A stretch of DNA of 64,000 nt from a virus. Position 1 is the stretch's first letter, and each line of letters opens with the position of its first letter. Where the stretch lies: positions 32,001-96,000 of IMG/VR virus record IMGVR_UViG_3300009509_000001. One strand, written 5' to 3'. The position numbers were made by a program, and so were the translations under genes. The notes under the pieces are model-generated. The model saw only the letters and a list, made by a program, of their open reading frames with translations. It searched no databases and was not told the DNA's origin. Shown here one piece after another: positions 20,390-29,700 of this stretch.

Positions 20390-21220
20390 TTATACCTCAT
20401 CTTGAAATTTGTTAATAGCTATCATTTCATCTTCAAGCGTCATCGACTCGTCCGGACGTCGTATCGCGGACTCCAACGCGTCGAAAACTTCCGCCAGCAT
20501 GGCCCGATCATCATGAGTGTTGTCGTCATCGGGCCTTGTGGACTCCTTGTGCCACAGAGCCGTAAGGCTCGCTGCGGGAGTACCAGCACTATCTATTAAC
20601 TTAGCACCGGTATGGATAGATTTCAAAACTTCCTTGACGTGCGTGCTTATGCCGAGCCCCTGCATCCACTGGGCGAGCTCCGGCTCCAGGTGTTTTCCGT
20701 CTATCGCATACTTCGAAAATTTGTCTATTCCGCCGCCATAGGCGACGACCTTCCACATGTACGCCGTGTCGAACTTGTCCTTTCGAGTGATGCTCCTGTT
20801 CGGCACGAAAATGTTCTTGTGCACCCAGAACGGTTTGTCTCTGTCGGCCGCCACGTCGAAGAACAGGTGCTGGTACAGCTTTACCAGCCGAGGCGTAAGG
20901 AACCTGGACACGTACGCCTGGAAAAACTCGATGTCGGCGTCTTCGGCCAGCAGCCCGGCCTCCATGATGTCCCGGAACCCGCTGACGCTGTTGTCCCGGT
21001 AGATCTCCAGCGCGAGCACGAGCCCACGTATATGCCCGTTGTTGCGGAGCATGTCCTTATCCAGCGACTGGTTGTAGTACCGTACGATCAGCTCCTTCAA
21101 CCGCTTGACGCCGTCATCCGGGCACTGGCCGTAGACCGGGAGATTCGCTTTCTCCCGCTCCACTTCGCGCATGGCGATCTGAAACCGCCAGTCGGGTCTG
21201 TCTGTGAATGGACTATCCAA
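20390..21220 (-). CDS. Hypothetical protein
   Basis: 276 aa; overlaps the upstream stop; no recognised motif. Confidence 0.7.
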   Translation of the reverse strand: MDSPFTDRPDWRFQIAMREVEREKANLPVYGQCPDDGVKRLKELIVRYYNQSLDKDMLRNNGHIRGLVLALEIYRDNSVSGFRDIMEAGLLAEDADIEFFQAYVSRFLTPRLVKLYQHLFFDVAADRDKPFWVHKNIFVPNRSITRKDKFDTAYMWKVVAYGGGIDKFSKYAIDGKHLEPELAQWMQGLGISTHVKEVLKSIHTGAKLIDSAGTPAASLTALWHKESTRPDDDNTHDDRAMLAEVFDALESAIRRPDESMTLEDEMIAINKFQDEV

Positions 21221-23408
21221 AGTTTTCCGTCAGCTCGTCTGCGAATAGGTTGGCGTCGCTTCCACTGGTCGACTTGTGCAGGAACAGCGTCAGGTCGCTG
21301 AGATTCTGGAAGTTGTCGCGGAGACTGTCTTCCAGCTCGCTCATCTTTTCCTGACCGTACTGATCCTTGAACTGGTTGTAGTGCCAGTAGAACATGAAGA
21401 GGATGCGGCCGATGCGGTCAAGCGCCAGCAGCAGATCCTGCATATAGTCCTCGACCATCCGGCTTGGGCTGCCGTTGGCGGCCAGCGCCTTCAGGACGCT
21501 GACGTCCATGACGTCCTTGACGCCTTTCTCACTGGCCTTGACGACCTTGTCGACATCGCCCTCGGCCATGGCCGGGTCGAGCGTCTCATTCTCTTCGAAC
21601 GGGGTCACGTCTTCATAGTAGACGCTCTTGACCTTTTCGTCGTCTTCACCGATCTGCGGAGCAGCGTACTTGACCAGGTAGTCGGTGCGGTCGGGCCGTC
21701 CGACGCTGGCCTGTTTGCTCAGCATCTGGCGGGCATCCGGGGCACTGATCTTGTGCTGTTTGATCAGCTTGAGCAGCGCCGCGTTCTTGGTGAGCATGCG
21801 CTCCTTGCCGAACTTGCTGTCCAGCGAGAAGCTCAGCCCATCGGTCTGAATGGTAAGGCCACGCCATCCGGCGGTCTTTATGATCTTGTGCTTGATGGTC
21901 TCGATGTCGCCGAACGCCATATCCATGTCGCAACATCCGCGCAGCGCCACGATCCGTGCGCCTTCGGGGATGTACAGGTGCGTTCCCTTGCGGCATACTT
22001 CACCAGGCTTACCGGTCAACTCGATGATGCCCTTCGTGTCCACCCAGTCATGGGTGTCGGTGTCGCATGGAAGCTTCACCTGGGCGATCTTGTTGCCGAT
22101 GATGGAGGAATCGTTGCCCGTGCGGAATTCCTGGTAATTGCCCTTGCTGTCGATGGCGATGCAGTTCTGCCATTCCCATCTCTTCAGCGTGTCGTCGCTT
22201 TCCGGCGATTCTTCCGCCGGGCCGTCGCTCTCGGCGTCGTCGAACTTGCGGAGCAGGTTCGTCGGCTTGATGCCGATGCCCATAAGGTCGGTCGCTTCCC
22301 GGGCCTCGAGTGTGCGGGCCAGCAAAGGCTGCTCGCACTTGACGGCCACGGAGGGCCGGTCGAGATCGATGACGACGCAGGTGAAAGCCTTGATGTCGAC
22401 GGTGTTGCCGCCGTCCGGGTGCTTCCAGCTACCCTTCTTCTGCGGCTGCACGATGACGTAGCATTTGCGGAAGCTGCCGTCGGCCAACAGGATCTCGTAG
22501 TACCCGTTCTTGACCGGCGTGCTGAGACTGCCGCTGTCCTGCTTGTCGGTGAACACCGTGGACGTGTACTCGCGGTTGTCGACCACGTACAGGCCGTCGC
22601 GAAGCACCACTTCCTTAGCCTTGTCGTCCAGCTTCTGGACGGCTTCGGCGTCATCGATGCTGACGACCTGGAGATCGCTCTGATCGACCGTGTCCTCGAC
22701 CTTCAGCGAGTAACTGCCGTCCTGCACTTCGGTACCGTCGGCGGCAGGGGTCTGATCCTGCACGGCGGCCGCGATCTTGCGAATCGACTCGGGCTCGTAG
22801 TGGGCCAGCACGGCATTCGCGAAATCCGGATTGCCGTTCATGGTGCGCATGAAACTGACGAACGCGTGCTTCCCGAGGCGTGGAATCCACGTGCGCAAGT
22901 CGAATGCATTGTAATCGTAACGATCGTAAACGGTGAGCATGTCTTCGACGTCCACGTCGCGCAGCAGCGAATTGTCACTGGCGCCCTTGAACATGATGCT
23001 GTTGCTCTTGCCGTCGCGGCGGAGGCTGACGCCGTCGGCACGTTTCGGGTTGCTCTTCGGCATGTCGCCGGCGGGTTCGCCGAGCACGGTGGCCCGGTTC
23101 GACTTGATGTAGCTTACCCAGCTGTCCTTGGCCGGTACGAACTGGCTCTTCTCCGGCAGATACATCATATCGTATCCACGGATGCGTCCGTTCAGGAGGA
23201 AGCACGGCACATAGATCCACTGGTCGCCGATCTTGTAGACCATGACGCCCATTCCGCGGGTGCCTTCGTCATCGCGTTCGATCAGCTGGAAACCGACCTT
23301 GTATTCACTGAGAGACGGGAGCCGCTGTGTGATCTCCGCCTCGGCTACGTTCGACAACTTGATTTCGAAGTCATCTGCCGATGCATTCTTTCTGAGTACG
23401 TTTATCAT
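21213..23408 (-). CDS. Large hypothetical protein coupled to the RNAP beta' C-terminal gene
   Basis: 731 aa; starts 1 nt after the beta'-C stop; six phi-x-K-x-A motifs. Confidence 0.75.
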   Translation of the reverse strand: MINVLRKNASADDFEIKLSNVAEAEITQRLPSLSEYKVGFQLIERDDEGTRGMGVMVYKIGDQWIYVPCFLLNGRIRGYDMMYLPEKSQFVPAKDSWVSYIKSNRATVLGEPAGDMPKSNPKRADGVSLRRDGKSNSIMFKGASDNSLLRDVDVEDMLTVYDRYDYNAFDLRTWIPRLGKHAFVSFMRTMNGNPDFANAVLAHYEPESIRKIAAAVQDQTPAADGTEVQDGSYSLKVEDTVDQSDLQVVSIDDAEAVQKLDDKAKEVVLRDGLYVVDNREYTSTVFTDKQDSGSLSTPVKNGYYEILLADGSFRKCYVIVQPQKKGSWKHPDGGNTVDIKAFTCVVIDLDRPSVAVKCEQPLLARTLEAREATDLMGIGIKPTNLLRKFDDAESDGPAEESPESDDTLKRWEWQNCIAIDSKGNYQEFRTGNDSSIIGNKIAQVKLPCDTDTHDWVDTKGIIELTGKPGEVCRKGTHLYIPEGARIVALRGCCDMDMAFGDIETIKHKIIKTAGWRGLTIQTDGLSFSLDSKFGKERMLTKNAALLKLIKQHKISAPDARQMLSKQASVGRPDRTDYLVKYAAPQIGEDDEKVKSVYYEDVTPFEENETLDPAMAEGDVDKVVKASEKGVKDVMDVSVLKALAANGSPSRMVEDYMQDLLLALDRIGRILFMFYWHYNQFKDQYGQEKMSELEDSLRDNFQNLSDLTLFLHKSTSGSDANLFADELTENFG

Positions 23409-23409
23409 G

Positions 23410-25233
23410 TCAGACCTCGTTTATGTTTACTAGCCTCGGGAAATAGGAAATGCTGTCCTTCTCGCTGACAGCTCCTCTGGTGGCGGCTCTGGTCACCGTT
23501 CGTTTAAGATTTTCACCCGCCAACTGCGTCATGAGATCGGGGTCCGTGCTCATGAAGTCCTGCGCACGGATGATCTCCGGTTCGAAAGGTGGCGGGCTCG
23601 CATGCGTCATAACCTGTTTTACACCGGCTGCCTGAAGCTTTCTGATCACGCGCGGCGTTATGCGCGTTCCAATGGTGTAATGCAGGTATGGCTGTTCTAA
23701 GTATAACTTATTCGCCGTAGTGACCGTTTTCAACCCAGCCCCCTCACGCGGCGTCCAATCGGCGGCCAACGTGTTGTAGTTTATCACGTCGTCCGGAAGG
23801 TGGCCGTTGATTCCCTCCGGGTCGGTGATGCGCACCTTGTTGACGAATTCACGGGCAAGGTACTCGAGATTCCGACGGTCGGTTCCGCTGTTCGAATTCT
23901 TCAGCAGGCTGCGAAGATGATTCAGGAAGTATACCCGGCCTTCGCCGATTCCCTTGTGCTTCACGAGCTCGGCGGCGTTGAGCATGCCGTTGGTCATCAT
24001 GTCGCCGGCCTCCACCGTGTCACCCTGTTTTACCGTGATGTCGTAGCCTTCGGGCACATAGTGCTTCTCACTGCCGACCCACAGAAACGTCCCGCCCTGG
24101 GCGGCCTTGGCGACTCTGGCGACCTTTCCGTCCACCTGGGACAGTACTGCGGCGCCAGGAAATTCCTTGGGCACCTGAAAAAACTTGTTGACGGCCTTGA
24201 AGCCGCTCTCCTGCTTCTGCGTGCTGCCGATCTCCCCGCCGGCATGCTTCGAGCTGATGGCGCTCTGGGTAAGCGGCTCGATGAAACTTCTGGCGCCCGT
24301 AATCCCCACGGTGTCGCCGATGTCCGGCAACGTCCCGGTTTCGCGCACTCCCGCGCACTTGGCGCAGATGCCCTCTTTGGCTTTGCAGTTCAGGGCGCTT
24401 CGGCCCACGATCTTCTTATCCTTGATCAGCGCGGAGTTCTCGTCGTCGATGATCGTCCCTGCCGGAAGACCCGCGATCGGCTTGGCCAGCACGGTTCCGA
24501 TGTTGTCCGGATCGTCGCCGTCCAGCTCGAGGCCCTCGGTCGTTCCGCAATCCTCCGTGGTCACCACGTCGCGATGACTCACGTTGGTGAGTTGCTTTCC
24601 GAAGTAACCGCTGTCGGCCGTCGCGAACTGCACGTCCACGTAACCTTTGCGCCCGCCGTGACTGGCGGCCCAGTAGGACAGTGGGCTCACGCCCTCGGCG
24701 TAGCCCTCTAAGTTTGGATAAGGCACGGGCCTTCCCTTGGAGTCGGCGCTTATGAGGTTGCCGAGCAGCAGCTGACGCAGCTGAAAGGCTTTACCGCGGC
24801 TCCCGCTGTTGATCTGGAGTGCGAACGCGCCATTGCGGTCGCTGACCGCCTTCAACAGGTCGTCGTCGATCGTGGCGCTGAAGTCCTGGACCATTTTGAG
24901 GACGGCCTGCTCCTTCTGCTCTGGGCTCAGCAGCGGGCTGTCATACGTCTGGTCGACCTTTTCCTTCAAGGCGTCGCGCCGTTGTTTGATCTCCGGCGGG
25001 ATCTTGAAGTCTTCAAGGCTAAGCGAGGCTTCGCGACCGTACAGCGACGCCACGTTGATGCCGATCGTGTTCAGCTTCTGGAGCGACTCGACATACTTGT
25101 CGGGGTCTTCCTGGGCCATGCGGGTGAACAGCTTGCCGACGGCACGCTTGTCCAACGCTCCCTGGAAGTCCTTGTAGCCTTCCGGTAGTGCTTCCCTGAC
25201 CTTTTCACGGCCCAATGTGGTTACTGCGCTCAT
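23410..25233 (-). CDS. rpoC: Phage multisubunit RNA polymerase, C-terminal half of beta'
   Basis: 607 aa; SGSRG (SGARG), ASHGGRKGYVDVQFATADSGYFGKQL (bridge helix, cf. [26 protein letters not shown]), C...GICAKC, EPLTQSAISSKHAGG (trigger loop, cf. EPGTQLTMRTFHIGG). Confidence 0.92.
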   Translation of the reverse strand: MSAVTTLGREKVREALPEGYKDFQGALDKRAVGKLFTRMAQEDPDKYVESLQKLNTIGINVASLYGREASLSLEDFKIPPEIKQRRDALKEKVDQTYDSPLLSPEQKEQAVLKMVQDFSATIDDDLLKAVSDRNGAFALQINSGSRGKAFQLRQLLLGNLISADSKGRPVPYPNLEGYAEGVSPLSYWAASHGGRKGYVDVQFATADSGYFGKQLTNVSHRDVVTTEDCGTTEGLELDGDDPDNIGTVLAKPIAGLPAGTIIDDENSALIKDKKIVGRSALNCKAKEGICAKCAGVRETGTLPDIGDTVGITGARSFIEPLTQSAISSKHAGGEIGSTQKQESGFKAVNKFFQVPKEFPGAAVLSQVDGKVARVAKAAQGGTFLWVGSEKHYVPEGYDITVKQGDTVEAGDMMTNGMLNAAELVKHKGIGEGRVYFLNHLRSLLKNSNSGTDRRNLEYLAREFVNKVRITDPEGINGHLPDDVINYNTLAADWTPREGAGLKTVTTANKLYLEQPYLHYTIGTRITPRVIRKLQAAGVKQVMTHASPPPFEPEIIRAQDFMSTDPDLMTQLAGENLKRTVTRAATRGAVSEKDSISYFPRLVNINEV

Positions 25234-25237
25234 TTAT

Positions 25238-25981
25238 CTACTTCAGGGGTTCGGGCACGCCACCTGCCGCCCATGATTTCGCGGATTCATGAAGACCAGC
25301 CGCAGCACCGCCGTAAAGCAACGTTCGAAGAGCCGTTGCGAGGGCGCCTTTGCCGGCGGTTTTCAACTTTGCACGCGTCGGGATGCCCGGCGCACTCTTT
25401 ATCTTTCCTGGGCTGACGTTCATCCCCTTCGGAGCATTTACTCCGATAGACATCTTCTTGGGCTTTCCAGCCTGGGCAGCCTCGAACTTGGCGAGTTCGC
25501 CTGCCTCGAGCTTGTTAAGATCGTACAAAGACTTCAAACCGCTCCCAATGCCAAAGACGGGTGCAGCGACTCCGGTGACCTTGGCTACGTTCCCGGTTGC
25601 GGCATCCGCAGCCGTCTCGAGAATCCCGCGATTGGCGAGTTTCTTCTTTTCGGCGAGAAGCTTGTCGTAATCTTCGTATTCCTTTTCCTTCTTCTTGCCC
25701 TGGGCCGACAGGTACGAGCCGACCCCGGCCCCGGCAGTGGCACCGAGGCCAGCGCCGAGTATGCCGGCACCCGCGCCCTTCAGTCCGAGCCCGTAACGCG
25801 TAAGCAGGTAGCCCATTCCGCCGCCGCCGAGAGTGGTCAATGCCAGAAGCATCGCACGTTGCTTGGATGCATCCTTGCTCGACGGCTTGGCGTCCTTCTT
25901 GTCTTCGTCGCCCGCTGTTTTGTAAAGTAGGTACTGTCGCACTGTCGGCCTCCTTATCGAGCCAGCTTGGTTTTGCTCCAA
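25238..25981 (-). CDS. Glycine-zipper membrane-type internal virion protein
   Basis: 247 aa; LLALTTLGGGGMGYLL and GAGILGAGLGATAGAGVG segments; LYKTA near the N-terminus. Confidence 0.65.
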   Translation of the reverse strand: MEQNQAGSIRRPTVRQYLLYKTAGDEDKKDAKPSSKDASKQRAMLLALTTLGGGGMGYLLTRYGLGLKGAGAGILGAGLGATAGAGVGSYLSAQGKKKEKEYEDYDKLLAEKKKLANRGILETAADAATGNVAKVTGVAAPVFGIGSGLKSLYDLNKLEAGELAKFEAAQAGKPKKMSIGVNAPKGMNVSPGKIKSAPGIPTRAKLKTAGKGALATALRTLLYGGAAAGLHESAKSWAAGGVPEPLK

Positions 25982-26685
25982 TCGATGACGCTGGCCGTTT
26001 TCGGCAAGGTTTCACCTGGAGGGAGCCCGGCATCCATCTCTGAAAATCCAGGAGCTCCTGAAAGTTGGTCTGCAGCGAGGGCCGCTGCCGCATTGTCGAT
26101 TTCGGACGGTTCGGCCTGCGCCGGCGTCGGTTCGGTATCGCCGCCCATGCCGACGTCACCGGCCGGAAGCTGCACGCCCATGGCTGCAGCCAATGCCGAC
26201 AAGCGATCGTCCACGGCCTGCATTTTGGCCATGATGTCCTTGTTCGTGGCGCGGCCGGATTCTTCTTTCTCCTTGCCGCCGCTCACTTCCTGCAAAATCT
26301 GCTGAAGGTCTTCGAGATTGAGCTGAACGGGGGTTCCCGCCGCCGCTTCCATCTCTTCCATTCCGGGCTCCGGGGGCATTCCGCCGCCCATTGCCATTGC
26401 AGCCATCGGATCACCGCCCATAGCTGCCATCGGATCACCGCCCATTGCGACCGGGTCCATCGGCATTCCGCCGCCGCCCATTGCGGCCATCGGATCACCG
26501 CCCATAGCTGCCATCGGATCACCGCCAGGAGGCATGCCACCCATTGCGGCCATCGGGTCCATCGGCGGGGCACCACCACCCATGGCAGCAGCCTGAGCTT
26601 CTTGCGTTACGGGGTTGAAGGCGTTCTTTTTCAGCCCGTTTCTGGCCTCGGCTGCCTGTTTCTTCAATAGGTTAAGGTCAATCAT
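25954..26685 (-). CDS. Low-complexity Met/Gly/acidic protein (MGGDPMAA repeats)
   Basis: Start at MIDLNLLKKQA (26685) with AGGAGG SD; repeated MGGDPMAA; lies between the RNAP genes. Confidence 0.7.
   Translation of the reverse strand: MIDLNLLKKQAAEARNGLKKNAFNPVTQEAQAAAMGGGAPPMDPMAAMGGMPPGGDPMAAMGGDPMAAMGGGGMPMDPVAMGGDPMAAMGGDPMAAMAMGGGMPPEPGMEEMEAAAGTPVQLNLEDLQQILQEVSGGKEKEESGRATNKDIMAKMQAVDDRLSALAAAMGVQLPAGDVGMGGDTEPTPAQAEPSEIDNAAAALAADQLSGAPGFSEMDAGLPPGETLPKTASVIDWSKTKLAR
26380..26560 (-). repeat. Coding tandem repeat of 24-nt units (MGGDPMAA)
   Basis: GCCATCGGATCACCGCC recurs four times (plus the start of a fifth) with 24-nt periodicity. Confidence 0.85.
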
Positions 26686-26716
26686 GATTCCTCCTGAGTT
26701 TCTATTTAATATAGTC

Positions 26717-29700
26717 TTATGCCTTGCTTTTTTCCAATATGACGATCGGCGTGTCGATGTCGATCTCCCCGGCGTTGAACGCTTCCTGCGCTTCGCGCAT
26801 GGTTCTGAACGTACGCTTGGCCTGGCCCTTGCCCGGCCGCGTGGCCAGATACAGCCCCTGTACGAACTGCTGGCGCGGTACGTAGTGGGCCGTGAAGTCA
26901 CGCGGACTCAGGAGGTTAGCTTCGGGCGTCATCTTGGCCCTGGCCTCCTCGACCGCCTCTTTGCTGACGGGAGCGTAATAGGTCACGCTGTCTCCGTCGA
27001 AATCCATACCGTAAGGTTCGACGATGCTGGGGCTCACCTGCACCGACTTGCCTTTGACGAGCACCGGTTCGAACGCCATGACTCCGTACTTGTGCAGCGT
27101 CGGTGCCCGGTTCACGATGACCGGGCGTTCCTTGACCGCTTCGTACAGGAAGCTCTCGGCCTTCTGATCGCGATCCTTCACGCGCTTGATGGCGTCGGTC
27201 GGCGCATAACCGCTCTTCACCATGTTGCGGACGACGAACGGCTCGAAGACGTCCCAGGCATCCTTGATCGGAATGCCGATCTTGTTAAGGGGCATGGACG
27301 GGTTCGGCGTCACGACGCCGCTTCCGGCCAGGTTCATGGCCGTACCGAGCACGCGGCGGTGATAGCCACCGTACTTGGCGCTCCCCTTTCCGAGTGCCCA
27401 CTTGAGCAGGCCCTGGACGTTCTTTTCCTGGAGCTTGGCGTCGTCGGGATCATACATCCCGGTGAGTGCCTTGTAGGTGTTGTACATCTGTTTGCGGGCG
27501 CCCTTTATACTGCTGTCGGGCAGTCGCTCGCGAGCCGAACGCATGTCGTCGCGGGCGAACACCAGGCTGCGGTACAGCATATTGGCATCGGCCGTGATGT
27601 TCGTGCCGTCGAGCTGCGTAACCGGGCGGAACTTCGGCGGGAGCACCGGGACACGCTCCATCATGAAGTCTTTCGGGTGAACGTCCTGTTCCTCCATGCT
27701 CTTCAGGAACCGGTAACGCTTGAGCGCCTTGTCCTTCTTGCTGGGCGTACTTCCCTTCAGATCCTCCATGGCGCCCTTGACCGCGGCCTTCATGTCGATC
27801 TTGGCCAGCGCCGCCTGTATGGCGGCTCCGCCGGTCTTGTCGCCGATGGCCTCTTCGCCGCTCATGACGGCGTTGAATTTCTTCTGCGTCATTCCGAGTA
27901 CGCTGGCGAGCGCAGGCTCCATGACCGGGTTCGGTAGTGGCTCGTCGAGCTGAATGTAACCCCAGCCGGTGCCGTCGTCTCCGAAAATCTTCGGATCGAA
28001 CAGGCCCCCGTCGATCGGCTTCATGGTCTTCTGGTCGAAGGTGCGGGCGACCCCGAGCTCATGGCCTTTGGCCAGATCCTTGGCCTGGCGGTCAGTCATT
28101 CCGAAAAAGTTGATGCGGTCGGGCTGCTCATCGACGTTGATGCCGGCTCCCTTCAGATGCTCGTAGAACTTCTTGTTGACGATGGGGGTGCTCGGCATCT
28201 TGGGCACGCGGCCCATGCGGAAGTCACGCCAGAACTCGTCGTTGGCCTGGCCGCGGATGAGCTTCGCGTCCTTGAGTACCTTCATGGCTCCGTGGCTCAC
28301 CAGCGCCGACGTGTGAAGTCCCCCGATGAACTTGGAACCATGCTTGCCGCCTCTGAGCGGCGTGTCCTCACCGGAGGACGGGCCGACTCCACGGCCTTTG
28401 CCTTTGTCCTCGGCCATATGCATCAGTCTGTAGTAGAAGGCTTCGCCTGTGAGGACTTCGGGTATCTTGCGGCCGGTCACGGGGTCATATAGATCTTCGT
28501 TGGCGCTCAGGCCGGCCTGCTTCAGTTTTTCCTCGTACTTATCAATCATCTTTTCGTCGAATCCTTCGACGATTTCGGGCTTCCCGGTCTTCCTGGCCAG
28601 CTTTCCGGCAAGCGCTTCGGTGACCTGCATCGGATTGACGCGGCTGATTATGCCGAGCGGGCTCAGCAGCACATCGTATGGGTTGCCGTCCTTGTCCAGC
28701 GGCATCTCGTTGTCGGGAAGAATGTTCACCACGCCCTTGGCTGCATATCGGCTGCTCATTTTGTCGCCGTTGCGCATGGGCACGTTGGCCCTGGTGTAAA
28801 CCGTGGCGTGCTTGTCGCCTTTGTCGGCTTCCACGACCTTGCCTTCGTAATCGTGATCCCAGGTTTCGACCACGGCCGTGCGGGTCTTGCGTCCCAGGCT
28901 GCCGGGCTTGGCCTCGTTGTGCCTGACGGCCACGATCATCGGGTCGCCCTTGCGCAACACGGTGCCGGGCTTCACGATCCCCTGGTCGGTAAGCGTGTCC
29001 ATCTGGTCCTTGGTGAATCGGCCGGAGAACTTGCCGATAAATTCCTTCTTGTCAAAAGCGGTGTTGGTGGAGACGGGTACGCGCTGCTTGTACATCTTCT
29101 CGGCGGCGAGCTTCTTGGCTGCCGATTCGGAGATCGTGATCGCGTCTTCGTATGCGTGACCCTTCCAGTTCATGTAGGCTACGCGCAGATTGCGGCCCTG
29201 GGCTGCGACGCCCTTGTCGTCCGTGTAGTTGGTCGTGGCCAGAACCTGGTTGGGTTTGACCTCGTCGCCGACCTTAACCTGCGGAATGCTGCGCAGGTAC
29301 CCCTTCTGGTTGAACGGGTGATTGTTGTACAGATCGTATGTCTCGGTGCCTTCGGGTCCGCGGATGGTGATGCTGTCGGCGTCCATGGCTGCAACAGTCC
29401 CCTTGATCGTGGACTTCCGCACACCCATCATCTGCCCGATGTCCTCTTCGGCCGTGCTGGTGCCCTGGCGACTGCGTACGAGTGGAGCTTCACGCTGCGC
29501 AAGCGGCATCGCCTGGACGCCGTACTTGCCACCCATCTGCAGGCGGTTGGACATGATCCCGCTCTTCCCGGGGACGCTGTTGGAGCCCTTGCTGAACATG
29601 TTGGAGTCGTCCATGATGTAGTAGTCCACGTCCTGCTTGGGGACGATCTTCACGCCCTTGCTTCCGTGGATGGCCGGAACGAACTTTCCCTTGGCATCGA

